Of a stretch of DNA of 62,906 bases, positions 30,508-40,840 are shown in pieces. The stretch's first letter is position 1. Each line of letters starts with the position of its first letter. Under the pieces are notes generated by a model that had not been told where the DNA came from, searched no databases, and was given only the letters and a program-made list of their open reading frames with translations. Source of the stretch: an archaeon (GTDB taxonomy: Archaea; Thermoplasmatota; Thermoplasmata; WALJ01); NCBI GenBank assembly GCA_024278375.1, contig JAJRTH010000093.1, positions 1-62,906 on the forward strand. Reading direction: 5' to 3'. The position numbers were made by a program, and so were the translations under genes.

Positions 30508-31461
30508 TCAGTCCGTGATTCCCTCTTCCATTATTCTCAGGACAGCTTCGCCCTCGGGAAGGTTCGGTGAATCTATGAGTCTGGCGATTCTCTTGTCTCC
30601 CTTTGATTTTCTGAGATATACCCTGAACGTTGCTGTGTGTCCGACTATGTGCCCTCCTATCGGCCTTGTCGGATCCCCGAAGAAGGCATCCGGCTTTGCA
30701 GCGACTTGGTTGGTCACACATATGGCGGCATTGTTCAGCGTTGCGAACTTCAGGAGTTTGTGCATGTGCTGGTTCAATAGCTGCTGCCTTTCCGCAAGAG
30801 CACCTCTTCCGACATATTCCGCCCTGAAATGAGCGGTCAGGGAATCCACTATGACAAGCTTTATAGGCCTTTCCTTTGCAATCTCAAACAGTTTGTCCAC
30901 AAGAAGTATCTGATGACTTGAGTTGTATGCTCTGGCAACATGTATCTTCTAGAGCACGTCTTCCGGATTTATGTCTATACCCAGCCTCTTCGCAGTACCT
31001 TCCACCATCTGCACTATTCTTTCCGGTCTGAAGGTGTTCTCCGTATCTATCATGGCAACCTCTCCTTCCAGGCCCCCGTATTCCTTTGAGAGAGTGGTAT
31101 TCACGGCCAGCTGATGCATGACCTGCGTCTTTCCGGACCCGAACTCGCCGAAGAACTCGGTTATGGACTCTGTCTCGACGCCCCCACCCAGGAGGTCATC
31201 GAAGGCTTTCGAGCCCGTGGTAACCTTCCTTATCTCCTTCCTTCTCTCCATTATCTCGGTACCGCTCTCAAAATCTCCGATATCGGCGGCCCTTTTAGCC
31301 GCATTTATTATCTTCGCAGCTATCCCCTCTCCTATCTCTGCGATTTCCGCAAGATTTCTCGGGGATTCCACGGCTATTGCCATTATGCTGTCATATCCTG
31401 CGTCTTTGAGCTTCTCGGCGGTCGCAGGCCCCACGCCGGGTAATTTTTCTATTTCATCCAT
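30508..31461 (-). CDS. radA: DNA repair recombinase RadA, interrupted by in-frame TAG at 30949-30951
   Basis: Hh[10 protein letters not shown], Walker [40 protein letters not shown] joins the two ORFs in frame. Confidence 0.95.
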
Positions 31462-31515
31462 TTTGTCACCGCACAGTGATTCGTAAGGTGATTTATAAAA
31501 CTATTTAGGAGGTGA

Positions 31516-31764
31516 GTGAAAGTGAAACACTGGAAGTCTGTCAGAACTTTAAGGAAAGAAATATCGTGCTTTCATATATGGCACCGAGGAAGCAAGTTAA
31601 CATCATTGACATTACCGAACAACATAAATATAACCTATGCATATCTTCCAAATAGTGATAGAATTATGAGGGACAACAGAGATGTAATACTTCATCAATC
31701 CTATGAGGAGAAAGAGATGCCCTTCAATACAGACGGCCTATTTGGTAAAGAGGCGAGTGAATGA
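31516..31764 (+). CDS. Possible short hypothetical protein or gene remnant
   Basis: GGAGGTGA just upstream of the GTG codons; stop overlaps the next ATG; no recognisable motif. Confidence 0.3.
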   Translation: MKVKHWKSVRTLRKEISCFHIWHRGSKLTSLTLPNNINITYAYLPNSDRIMRDNRDVILHQSYEEKEMPFNTDGLFGKEASE

Positions 31765-32942
31765 GGAGGACGAAGATTGTCACGGTCACGATTCTTCTTT
31801 CGATGCTGTTCTTTACCATGCCTTTTTTGGTGGTCAGTGCTAAGGAATGGGAACCCAGAGAGCCGATAGAGATCCATAGAGGAGCAGTGAATGAAAGCAC
31901 AAAGTGGTATGATTATGGGATTTCTTGGTCCTCAGATGGGGAATATTTTGCATTTAGATGTATGTGCGAGCCAAAGCTTACGGTTGTGAATACAGACAAT
32001 GGCAAGATTGTGTTCTCAAAAAATTATTCTCCCTGTTTTGACTTAGCGGCCTTGAAATTTTCACCGGACGGAAGATATTTGGCTGTCGGCTCATCGAAAA
32101 CTCTAGAAATCTTTAATACAGATGGCTGGGGACTTGTAAAAAATTATAGTGCTTATGCATATTCTCTTTCTTGGAGCCCGAACGGAAGATATTTGGCCTA
32201 TCCAGCAACTATGGGCGGCAATATTGGAATAATAGACACCAGAAACTGGGAGATATCTCATGAATTCAAAAATAAGTCGGGGATTGTGTCTTGGTCTTCA
32301 GATGGGAAATATATCGCATATGCTTCTTCGGGATATGTAGGCATAATAAATGCCTTGACCTGGAATGAAACCCTATTGTTGAGGCTTCCTTCGATGTTGT
32401 CTGTGGTCGAATGTCTCGAATGGTCACCTGATTCTAGATATCTGGTTGCAGGAGAACTTGGAGGCTCTCTTCAGATCTGGAATACAAGCACATGGCATAT
32501 CGAGAATACTGTGGAGTTTGCACACGGAATACCTTTTTCTCTCTCATGGAATCCCAATAAGCCCATTCTTGCTGTTGGTTTGGACTCGAATATGCTGGCT
32601 GAGGATTCGATTCCAAAGCTATATCTCATAGACACGGAAAACTGGAGTATAGAGATAGAAATGAAACCCATAAATGAAACTGACCTTGCCTCTCTTAATA
32701 AAGACCCCAACTGGATAAATTTTTATTCTGTTGCTTGGTCTCCAGACGGAAATTCTCTTGCTGTCGGTTATAAAGACGTTATAGTTTATACAACGGAGAG
32801 AGGGCTCTTCGAACCCGAAGAGACAACAATGCTAGACACTTATTTATGGGCCCCTCTCGCTATGGTAATGCTAGTAGCGATTTCCGGCGGAGCAATATGG
32901 TACTGGAAGAAGGGAAGAAGCAAAACTAAAGATAAAAAATAG
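31761..32942 (+). CDS. Exported WD40/beta-propeller protein with C-terminal membrane anchor
   Basis: Signal peptide, about seven WSPDG..LA repeats, C-terminal TM followed by a basic tail. Confidence 0.85.
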   Translation: MRRTKIVTVTILLSMLFFTMPFLVVSAKEWEPREPIEIHRGAVNESTKWYDYGISWSSDGEYFAFRCMCEPKLTVVNTDNGKIVFSKNYSPCFDLAALKFSPDGRYLAVGSSKTLEIFNTDGWGLVKNYSAYAYSLSWSPNGRYLAYPATMGGNIGIIDTRNWEISHEFKNKSGIVSWSSDGKYIAYASSGYVGIINALTWNETLLLRLPSMLSVVECLEWSPDSRYLVAGELGGSLQIWNTSTWHIENTVEFAHGIPFSLSWNPNKPILAVGLDSNMLAEDSIPKLYLIDTENWSIEIEMKPINETDLASLNKDPNWINFYSVAWSPDGNSLAVGYKDVIVYTTERGLFEPEETTMLDTYLWAPLAMVMLVAISGGAIWYWKKGRSKTKDKK

Positions 32943-32973
32943 TGACTTTAGAACAGTTCTTATGAACACAATC

Positions 32974-33309
32974 TTAGAATTCCCTCTTTATCGGGCTCCA
33001 GAAGGTGGAATGACATTTCTCGCAGTATGTTGCATCCTTTTCCACCTCCGCACCGCATTCAGGGCAGAAATATCTCTCCTTTCCGGTAAAGAATGTCGTT
33101 CCGCAGTTAGGGCACACCTCCTCATCAGCAGATACCCTCTCACCACAGTTCCCGCATACATAGATCCCTATCAGAAAGTGTGCTCCGCAGCCGGGACATC
33201 TGGAACTTGTGGCGTCCACCTCCGCGCCACACTTAGGGCACATAAACGGCAGAATCCTTTTACTCTCGGGTTTTATGATGGTTAGTGCCTTCTTCAGGAT
33301 TTCTTTCAC
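32974..33309 (-). CDS. Triple zinc-ribbon protein
   Basis: Six CxxC motifs (CPKC, CPGC, CGNC, CPNC, CPEC, CEKC); probable GTG start at 33309 just downstream of a TATA-like box. Confidence 0.75.
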   Translation of the reverse strand: MKEILKKALTIIKPESKRILPFMCPKCGAEVDATSSRCPGCGAHFLIGIYVCGNCGERVSADEEVCPNCGTTFFTGKERYFCPECGAEVEKDATYCEKCHSTFWSPIKREF

Positions 33310-33404
33310 GGCCGTGAAAGCCTCTCTTTTTATAAATATTTCCCGCCCTCGCCTATGGTCGAATCCGCAAAAGGAAATGGCACTATGAGTGACAAGCAAT
33401 AGCC

Positions 33405-34814
33405 TCATCCTCGGTTGCTTCCACCGAAACTGAAAAGTGTCACTTGGGAACTCCTTCTCTCTTTGTGAGGGGCTCTACCTTTCATAGCTTCTTTAACGGC
33501 ATATTTTGCCTTTGCGGAATCCCCTATCAGATATTCTACCTCCTCCTCTTCCAGTCTCAGGGAATATATAATTTCATACATGAAATCCTCGTCCCTGTTG
33601 AACATTATCTGAAAATAGGGGAGAACGTCGTGGAGCGCTCTTTCCGTGGTCGTGTGCATGTGTTTTGCCATCTTAATGGCCAGGGACTTCCTGACTTTTC
33701 TGACTCCTCTGCTCCGTCCCATGCTCAGTATCCACTGTGGAAAAAAACTGGAAGGAAAGCGCTCTTTCTCCTTCATGAATATCAGGGACGCACCCATCTC
33801 TTCGGTGGCATAGGTCCATAGAGAGTACTGCCCTCTTCTGTATACTCGAGAAAGATGTATTTCCGCATTTGACAGATGCCTGTATCCTCTGAACAGATCG
33901 GTCCTGGAAGCGGCCAATCGGGGGAGAACCTCATCTATCCATGTGAGCAATGTGTTCGGATCCTCGCCTATGTCCATAAGGGCCCTCCTGGCATCCTTTA
34001 TTTTTCCCGAGAATGCGGCGGTTTTTATACCCTCCCGGATGTCCACCTCTCTGTCCCTGGCACCGGCATCTGCGGCATTCTCGGCGGACAGTCCCGAATA
34101 TGCGAACGACTGCAAGTCATTGACAGCCCCCCTAACATCCCCTCGGGCACGATAGGCAATCTCCGCTATGAGTTTTCTATCGACCTCGAGCCCTTCTTTT
34201 TGCGCTATCTCCAGAAGTACCTTCTCTATGTCCTTTTCATCCGGTTTTCTGAACTTCACAACGGTGGCGGGGGAGCGTTTTCCCTTGAAAACAGAGGATC
34301 TTTTCTGGAGGGCATAGAGGTCATTGACTATCAAAATCATGGGCTGCGAGCCCTTTCTTATGGCCTCTACTATGGCCTGCACGCCTCCTCTGTCCTCTCT
34401 GCCCGAGAGATTGTCCGCTTCATCAAGAATTATGAGCTTCCGCTCACCATCTCTCGAGAGCGTGAAACTGCCATCTTCCCTGAATCCCTCTGTCATCGCA
34501 CCTGCCAGGACGATTTCCCTGACGATTTCCCCGCTCCTTTTGTCAGAGGCGTTGAGCTCTATCACGCTCCACCCGAGTTCGTTGGCAAGTGCAAGGGCGC
34601 TCGTGGTTTTCCCAACACCCGGGGGTCCGGCGAGAATGAGAGCCTTCTTTCTCATTATCTCGTCCTTTGCTTCCGCACCCTTCTTAAGCGGTATCCCTTC
34701 TATCCAACCCTTGGCCCAGAGTTTCATCTTCCGTATGGCATCCCTGTTACCAACGACCTCATCCAGTGTTCGGGGCCTGTACTTCTCTGTCCATTCTATG
34801 GAATCAGTGCTCAC
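33405..34814 (-). CDS. rfcL: Replication factor C large subunit
   Basis: WTEKYRP, GPPGVGKT, ELNASD, DEAD, C-terminal PIP box QVTLFSF. Confidence 0.95.
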   Translation of the reverse strand: MSTDSIEWTEKYRPRTLDEVVGNRDAIRKMKLWAKGWIEGIPLKKGAEAKDEIMRKKALILAGPPGVGKTTSALALANELGWSVIELNASDKRSGEIVREIVLAGAMTEGFREDGSFTLSRDGERKLIILDEADNLSGREDRGGVQAIVEAIRKGSQPMILIVNDLYALQKRSSVFKGKRSPATVVKFRKPDEKDIEKVLLEIAQKEGLEVDRKLIAEIAYRARGDVRGAVNDLQSFAYSGLSAENAADAGARDREVDIREGIKTAAFSGKIKDARRALMDIGEDPNTLLTWIDEVLPRLAASRTDLFRGYRHLSNAEIHLSRVYRRGQYSLWTYATEEMGASLIFMKEKERFPSSFFPQWILSMGRSRGVRKVRKSLAIKMAKHMHTTTERALHDVLPYFQIMFNRDEDFMYEIIYSLRLEEEEVEYLIGDSAKAKYAVKEAMKGRAPHKERRSSQVTLFSFGGSNRG

Positions 34815-34885
34815 GATAGCACATAGCTTCCATGATTAAAAGGTTTTTCAAAAGCACAGAATGAGAGCAGTCAAAAATAATAAAT

Positions 34886-35434
34886 ATGAAACTTCCGTTA
34901 TACTCTTTAATGAAAAATGATAAGAGATATGCAGTTGCTCTTATACTCTTCATAGTCATATCCGTCTCTTTGCTGTTCTTTGTAGCCGGTGTATTTTATC
35001 TGAGAGAGAATCCTCTTTTTGAATCTGAAAAATCAGAAGGACGCATAAAGGAGATAGATACAAATGAAATACAAATCAGTACCAAAGAGTTTATGAAAAT
35101 AAATTTTACTTCTTTGAAATACAATATGAATCAGGCAGGCTTTGATTGGAGAAATTTTACTTATGGAAACAAAACAGGATATATCGCAGAAAAGCAGATT
35201 GTAGATGACGGTTTTCTAGTCATCGAAATATACCTAAACAATAGCACCAACACCTCATATCTCGTAGGATATTACAGTCTCACATGCTCAAAACCACAAT
35301 ATTTTCTTCAAGAGAAAGAAAATTCCATCAAGGAAAGCATGGAAAAAGTGGCAGAAATATGCGGTATATCAGTGGATATAGGCTCAATAGAATGGACTGT
35401 GTACTACACTTCCTCATGGCCAACCGATTGCTGA
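34886..35434 (+). CDS. Membrane-anchored hypothetical protein
   Basis: N-terminal TM helix; AT-rich DNA. Confidence 0.65.
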   Translation: MKLPLYSLMKNDKRYAVALILFIVISVSLLFFVAGVFYLRENPLFESEKSEGRIKEIDTNEIQISTKEFMKINFTSLKYNMNQAGFDWRNFTYGNKTGYIAEKQIVDDGFLVIEIYLNNSTNTSYLVGYYSLTCSKPQYFLQEKENSIKESMEKVAEICGISVDIGSIEWTVYYTSSWPTDC

Positions 35435-35507
35435 TGCCTCATTATGTTCTATGTCATTATATCGTCTCTATAGATACCTACTTACTGCAATTCATAGCCC
35501 GCACTCC

Positions 35508-35927
35508 TTATCTTTTCCTGTATGGTTCAGTCACATTTTCGTTTTTTACCACCCATTTATGTTTTTCATGCATTATCCTATCCTTTCCTTTCTCCGTTTT
35601 ATGGGCCTCTGATTTCGTTTCCTCAGATAGTGGAGTATCCTCCCATTTTTTCACTATTTCTCTGGCTTTCTCCCTCTCTTCCCTGCTCACAAGCAGGTTC
35701 TTCCAGGAGAATACGAAATATATCACATATAAGAGCGCCCCTATGAACGGCACCGCAAAGGCAAGAAAGGCCCAGACCATTGGAGGCTCTATCCCGCTGA
35801 TAAGGGCATGAAAATAGACGATTGATGCGAGGACAAGACTCATAGCGTATAGATATCCGTACTTCAGCATGAAGTCATACACTGCGGCATACATGTTCAG
35901 GGGAACGACGCTCGGAGAGCACATCAT
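35508..35927 (-). CDS. Hypothetical membrane protein
   Basis: Two TM segments with W..VPFIGALLY (PLDc_N-like pattern). Confidence 0.6.
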   Translation of the reverse strand: MMCSPSVVPLNMYAAVYDFMLKYGYLYAMSLVLASIVYFHALISGIEPPMVWAFLAFAVPFIGALLYVIYFVFSWKNLLVSREEREKAREIVKKWEDTPLSEETKSEAHKTEKGKDRIMHEKHKWVVKNENVTEPYRKR

Positions 35928-35960
35928 GAATATATCGTTTCATATAGTTATATAAAAAAT

Positions 35961-37016
35961 TTACGGACCTTTCCTTTTCAATATAAGTATGGTCGCTGCA
36001 AACACCGAGAGGATGGCGGCAGCGAGGAGGGGCAGAGGGGAAACCGCCTTGGCACTGGAAGGGATGACACTTGATTCCTGTATTTCCTCTATGGTAAGAA
36101 CCCTATCGGAGAAATGTGGTATGTATACCGCTATCCCGAGTCCGTCACCTGTCTTGGTGCAGTTCCAGAGCGCTTCGCTGCCCGTGGAGAACAGAGCATC
36201 GTAATAACTCCCTTCTCTTACAGGAACTCCGTCGAGAAGAACGCTTATATTGGTGAAATTTGCGGAAGACAGGTGCAGAAATAGGGATTTTCCCGAAGAA
36301 TCGTTGGAAGCGACGGACAACACAACCCTGTCGTCCTCCAGCTCCACGGGTCTGATGGACAGATTGTTGTAGGAAACGGAGGAGAATTCCTTGCCCTTTA
36401 GATACCCTTCGGCACCCAGTCTGTGGAGGGACACGGCATTGGAAAGAGCGCAGTGCAGTTCGTCCGAATCATCTTCGGAACCCTCTAAAGAAAAGGAGAA
36501 ACGAATCAGAAGGACATCTCCGCCTTTCAGAGACACCTCTATGTTCCCACCGGTGAGGGTTATCTCCCCACCCGCGGTTATTTCACCGGATATGCCGTCC
36601 TTTTCGAGAGTTATGCCGGAATCGCTTTTTTCTATGGCCACCCCATGACCGACCTCTATCTTCAGAGAAGAGTCTACCATGGACCTGTAAACTATGCTGG
36701 GAGAGGAGAAATCGCTGACCGTCAGGTTGTACGCCGAAGCGGATATGCCGAACGAAGAGCGCTCATAACGAAAATCATATGGCAGGACATAGGGCAGGTC
36801 GATTCTTTCGAGCATAAGAACATCATGCACATAGACATCATACATGCTCCACTCTCCCGCATCAAACGAGAAGCGGATGTTCTCGCCCTCGAAACCCCCC
36901 ACGGGCCCGGGCATCTCTCCACCGAAATCCTCGCCACCTAGGCCGAGAACTCCCGCGGTGCCGCCTACGAGCAAGCTGAGAACCGCAACGGTGAGAAAGA
37001 CTTTCTTAAGTGCCAT
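35961..37016 (-). CDS. Exported/surface protein with C-terminal anchor
   Basis: Signal peptide MALKKVF.., YIPHFS motif, C-terminal TM plus KRK. Confidence 0.75.
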   Translation of the reverse strand: MALKKVFLTVAVLSLLVGGTAGVLGLGGEDFGGEMPGPVGGFEGENIRFSFDAGEWSMYDVYVHDVLMLERIDLPYVLPYDFRYERSSFGISASAYNLTVSDFSSPSIVYRSMVDSSLKIEVGHGVAIEKSDSGITLEKDGISGEITAGGEITLTGGNIEVSLKGGDVLLIRFSFSLEGSEDDSDELHCALSNAVSLHRLGAEGYLKGKEFSSVSYNNLSIRPVELEDDRVVLSVASNDSSGKSLFLHLSSANFTNISVLLDGVPVREGSYYDALFSTGSEALWNCTKTGDGLGIAVYIPHFSDRVLTIEEIQESSVIPSSAKAVSPLPLLAAAILSVFAATILILKRKGP

Positions 37017-37094
37017 CAAGAGATATGCTCTCTTTCTGTAATATATACTCTTTGGTACAAACATAAGACCCGATTAGATGACTCCGCCTCCATC

Positions 37095-37119
37095 GTTTCC
37101 ACACGAAATGAAGGGGTCT
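37095..37119 (-). repeat. Dispersed 25-bp repeat, copy 2
   Basis: Reverse complement of 26736-26760. Confidence 0.85.
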
Positions 37120-37123
37120 TCCC

Positions 37124-37285
37124 CTACGCCTGATCTTCAGATACGGATACGAAAAAGACCCCGAAGCCGAGCCATGTGAGAAGGAGAACCAGAAAAAGCA
37201 CATTCCCACCGGTTAGCACATTAACTGCCACCAGGACGGTGGGGAGAACCATCCAGAATATCAGGGACAGTAAGAACTCTCTCAT
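37124..37285 (-). CDS. Small two-TM membrane protein (53 aa), absent from the ORF track
   Basis: Manual translation: MREFLLSLIFWMVLPTVLVAVNVLTGGNVLFLVLLLTWLGFGVFFVSVSEDQA*. Confidence 0.65.
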   Translation of the reverse strand: MREFLLSLIFWMVLPTVLVAVNVLTGGNVLFLVLLLTWLGFGVFFVSVSEDQA

Positions 37286-37324
37286 AGTGCAGCGAAAGAG
37301 AAGAAGTATTAAAAAGATTGCTGA

Positions 37325-38593
37325 TTAAAGCCTCTCTAGCAGGTCCATCATCGTCGTGCCGGAAACCATCTTCGGATAGAAGTCCGTGCTCTTCTCAGGC
37401 ATCCTCTCCCCGTTCTTCGCAACCGCCAGAACCTGTTCGGCTCCTGTGGGGTTCATCAGAAATGCCACCCTAGCATCTCCTGCATCCACGCTTTTAACAG
37501 CATCGTCCACCCAGCGCTCGTAGGCTATGCTCTCATCTATCTTCAGGTCTTTAGCGCCCATTATCCCCTCGAATATGACATCCCTGAGAACAACGACATC
37601 CAGCTCTCTGTAATCCTCGCTGTACTCAGGTTTGAAGAATCCCTGTATGGAATCGGAATCCATGAGAACCATACCGAGGTATCTGCGTCCATCATAGGCA
37701 ACGAACGCCTTTCTCTCCCTGTTCTTTTCCAGAAATTCCTCAACATCCTTCCTCTCAAGCTCCTGAACCTCGAAGTACCTCTCAATCTCCTTCAAATGCT
37801 CCTCTCTGAGCTCATGCTTCAGGAGAAGCCTGTGGGTCGGCAGAACAACCAGTCCCTCATCCTGTATCGGGACCATAAGGGTCATGCGGAAATTGAATCC
37901 CTCATCCCCTGTGAAATCAGGGTTTGCGGAGCGCATCTCATCCCTGAATGTAACCGCTGTTTCATACCTGTGGTGCCCATCCGCTATTACCACCTGTTCA
38001 GGCCCTATGACATCTTGTATCGCTCTTATATCATCTGGATCTGTGAGCATCCATATCCTGTTCCTGACTCCGTATTCATCCACCACGTCTATCACAGGTT
38101 CGCCTTTTGCGGCTTTTTCTAGGATATCGATGGTCTTCTTTTCAACATCTGGATACAGCATGAAGCCCGCCTCAAGGTTCTTCTTCGTTGCCCTGAGCAT
38201 GTTCAGCCTGTCTATCTTCGGTCCCTTATGGGTCTTTTCATGGGGCAGCACCACCTTTTCCTCAAATGGATGGAGTTTTACGGCAGAGATGAAGCCCTTT
38301 CTTGTGTATTTCCTTCCAAGAACCTCGAAGTCTTGGAAATAGACATATATTGCGCTCTCCTCATCCTTAGCCAGTATGTCAGATGAAATCCACTCATCGA
38401 CCCTTTTCTTCGCCACTTCGTACCTGTTTTCCTCCTTGGGGAGTATGAGCCGGCAGTAGTTGTATTCGCTCTTTTCATAGTATCTCTCCTGCATATCAGG
38501 GCTTATTTTGTCATAGGGCTGGGTAATCAGGTCCTCCATATTTCCCGCTTTATCCGTGTATCTGATGGCTCTGAAAGGCCTTATCTCTACCAT
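37325..38593 (-). CDS. DUF1015 family protein
   Basis: IRPFRAIRY, PYD, PHEKT, IADGHHRY, MPEKSTDFYPK. Confidence 0.9.
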   Translation of the reverse strand: MVEIRPFRAIRYTDKAGNMEDLITQPYDKISPDMQERYYEKSEYNYCRLILPKEENRYEVAKKRVDEWISSDILAKDEESAIYVYFQDFEVLGRKYTRKGFISAVKLHPFEEKVVLPHEKTHKGPKIDRLNMLRATKKNLEAGFMLYPDVEKKTIDILEKAAKGEPVIDVVDEYGVRNRIWMLTDPDDIRAIQDVIGPEQVVIADGHHRYETAVTFRDEMRSANPDFTGDEGFNFRMTLMVPIQDEGLVVLPTHRLLLKHELREEHLKEIERYFEVQELERKDVEEFLEKNRERKAFVAYDGRRYLGMVLMDSDSIQGFFKPEYSEDYRELDVVVLRDVIFEGIMGAKDLKIDESIAYERWVDDAVKSVDAGDARVAFLMNPTGAEQVLAVAKNGERMPEKSTDFYPKMVSGTTMMDLLERL

Positions 38594-38602
38594 TGCCTCA
38601 CC

Positions 38603-39673
38603 TCAGAGTCCCCAGATGTCCTCTATATGCCAGAGAACCTCCTTTATTTCCCCGAGGGTCCATTCGCCCATATGGGCTATCCTGAAGGTTTTTTCCTTGA
38701 GGTCTCCGTAGCCATTGGATATGGCCATACCTCTCTTTGCCAGCTCTTTATTCAGCTCTGCAACGCTCTTTCCCAGAGTGTTCTTTATGGTAGAAACGGT
38801 AACGGATTCATAACCCGGTTCGGGGAACATCTCGAAGTGCTTCTTCGCCCATCCCCTCACCGTATTCGCCATGGCAAGGTGCCTTTCATATCTACCTTCA
38901 GGGGTCTCCTTCAGCATCCTGTCCAGCTGATAGTCGAGGGCATACATCAGCGAGATGTTCGGTGTCGCCGGATTCTGTTTCTTCTTGGCATAGTAATCGA
39001 ATATCACGGGCAGGCTGGTATAATGCCCCTTTCCCGGAATCTCTCTGGACCTCTCTATGGCCGCATCCGAGACGATGCCTATGGAAAGGCCGGGAGGTAG
39101 TGCAAACGCCTTCTGAGAGCTTGTGAACATGATGTCCGTCTGCATCTTATCTGGCTCTAAAAGGTCTCCTCCGGCGGAGGAAACGGCGTCCACGACATAC
39201 ATGACGTCAGGGTACTCCTTCTTTATCGCCTTCCCTATCTCTTTTGCGGGACTCCTCACTCCCGTGGAGGTCTCGTTCTGGGCAAGAGCGACAACGTCGT
39301 AATCTCCCTGTTCCAGAGCCTTCAGAACAAGGTCGGGTTTCGATGCGGTTCCCCACTCGAGGTCAAGTATGTCCACCTCTTTTCCGCACTCCCGAATGGT
39401 CGTGAACATCCTCTTTGAGAACGCACCGTTCACAACGGCCAGGGCCTTCTTTTTTACCAGATTCCTTGCGGTTATGTCCATCCAGAGCGTGCCTGAGGAG
39501 GTAATCACGGTTATGTTCTGCTCGGTTTTGAAGTACTTTCCGAGATTGTCTATTACTCCTGTGTAGAGCGCGGTATATTCCGCCATCCTGTGTCCTATCA
39601 TGGGCTTTGCCTGAGCCATCAGAACCTGAGGGTCAACTTCCGTGGGTCCGGGTATGAACAATCTTTTATGCAT
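38603..39673 (-). CDS. Class V aminotransferase (serine/alanine-glyoxylate type)
   Basis: FIPGP, NETSTG, VDAVSS, SSQKAFALPPG. Confidence 0.92.
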   Translation of the reverse strand: MHKRLFIPGPTEVDPQVLMAQAKPMIGHRMAEYTALYTGVIDNLGKYFKTEQNITVITSSGTLWMDITARNLVKKKALAVVNGAFSKRMFTTIRECGKEVDILDLEWGTASKPDLVLKALEQGDYDVVALAQNETSTGVRSPAKEIGKAIKKEYPDVMYVVDAVSSAGGDLLEPDKMQTDIMFTSSQKAFALPPGLSIGIVSDAAIERSREIPGKGHYTSLPVIFDYYAKKKQNPATPNISLMYALDYQLDRMLKETPEGRYERHLAMANTVRGWAKKHFEMFPEPGYESVTVSTIKNTLGKSVAELNKELAKRGMAISNGYGDLKEKTFRIAHMGEWTLGEIKEVLWHIEDIWGL

Positions 39674-39705
39674 ATTATCACCACTTCTCCATCTGCCCTA
39701 TGTAT

Positions 39706-40221
39706 TTAATCTTTCTTCCAAATCTCATGCTTTCCGGCCTTATGCTCGTCCCTCAGCCTGTGATACACCGAGGCATTCTTCACGCACGCTTCCCTGAACT
39801 TCTCGCCGCTCTCATCTGTTTTTATTACCTTTCCAGGAACGCCAAGAACAAGGCTGTTAGGCGGGACCTTCATGCCCGATGTCACAAGTGCATTGGCGCC
39901 TATTATCGAGTTATCGCCTATCTCCGCACCGTCCAGAACCGTCGCGTTTATCCCTATTATCACATTGTTTCCGATCTTCGCGCCGTGCACCATGGCGAGA
40001 TGCCCGACGGAAACGTTCTCTCCGATCTCCACATCGTTCTCGGGACTCACATGGATGATACAGTTGTCCTGTATGTTGCTTCCCTTTCCTATTCTTATCG
40101 GCTTCAGGTCAGCCCTTATCACCGCTCCGTACCATATCCCACATCCTTCGCCTATCTCGACATCCCCGATTATCGTGGCATTCGGAGCCACAAAACACGA
40201 CTCATGGATTTTCGGCTTCAT
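39706..40221 (-). CDS. Gamma carbonic anhydrase family protein
   Basis: Hexapeptide repeats, SNIQDN..H, GH..HG. Confidence 0.9.
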   Translation of the reverse strand: MKPKIHESCFVAPNATIIGDVEIGEGCGIWYGAVIRADLKPIRIGKGSNIQDNCIIHVSPENDVEIGENVSVGHLAMVHGAKIGNNVIIGINATVLDGAEIGDNSIIGANALVTSGMKVPPNSLVLGVPGKVIKTDESGEKFREACVKNASVYHRLRDEHKAGKHEIWKKD

Positions 40222-40268
40222 GCACAGGGCACAAATGGACCACTTTAAAGGGTTTTGGGGCAACAGGT

Positions 40269-40610
40269 TTATCTCTGCATTTCCTTGCTTATCTTCTCCT
40301 GCAGTGCGGCATATCTGTCCTTTATGCGGCTCTCCTGTCTTTCGAGCGCTTTTAGCCTTATCTCGAGCGATTCTTTCTTCTCCTCAAGCTCCTTTTTCAG
40401 GGCATCCACATCCTTCACTCTGAAGGACAGGTTTCCCACGTTCTTGTAAACCGGAGTGTCTCTGTCTATCCGGTCGAGCTCTTCGAGAGTGACCTCTATC
40501 TCCTTTTTCTGGGTCTCGAACTGGTATCTCTGTGTCGCTATGCTCTGGAGCTGCTGCTGAAGCTGCTGTGCTTCCATCAATTCGTTCTGCATCTTTGGAC
40601 TTAATTCCAT
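40269..40610 (-). CDS. pfdB: Prefoldin beta subunit
   Basis: QQLQQQLQ, VYKNVG; superoperon context. Confidence 0.93.
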   Translation of the reverse strand: MELSPKMQNELMEAQQLQQQLQSIATQRYQFETQKKEIEVTLEELDRIDRDTPVYKNVGNLSFRVKDVDALKKELEEKKESLEIRLKALERQESRIKDRYAALQEKISKEMQR

Positions 40611-40611
40611 G

Positions 40612-40839
40612 TTATTCCTCCATTGCTTCTTTTGCTGAAAGGGCGGCCGAAAGCCACCTGAGATAGGAAGAAAGCGAGGCCCTTAAAGCGGTGGTGTCCT
40701 CGGCTTTTATCTCGATCACGAGGGCATCTCCCTCCGTCCTAAGGGATACCTCAGAGCGCGGTATTTTTTCCTCAATCTCAGGAAGCAGGGCCCTCTCGAT
40801 GCTGGAAATACCATCCACTACGAGGAGCGCGGAATGCAT
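40612..40839 (-). CDS. pcc1: KEOPS subunit Pcc1
   Basis: IKAEDTTALRASLSSYLRW; lies between rpoP and pfdB. Confidence 0.85.
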   Translation of the reverse strand: MHSALLVVDGISSIERALLPEIEEKIPRSEVSLRTEGDALVIEIKAEDTTALRASLSSYLRWLSAALSAKEAMEE

Positions 40840-40840
40840 C

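Noticed and set aside
30900..30951. Intein or intron in radA
   Set aside because: There is no inserted sequence; the gap translates as normal RadA ([13 protein letters not shown]).
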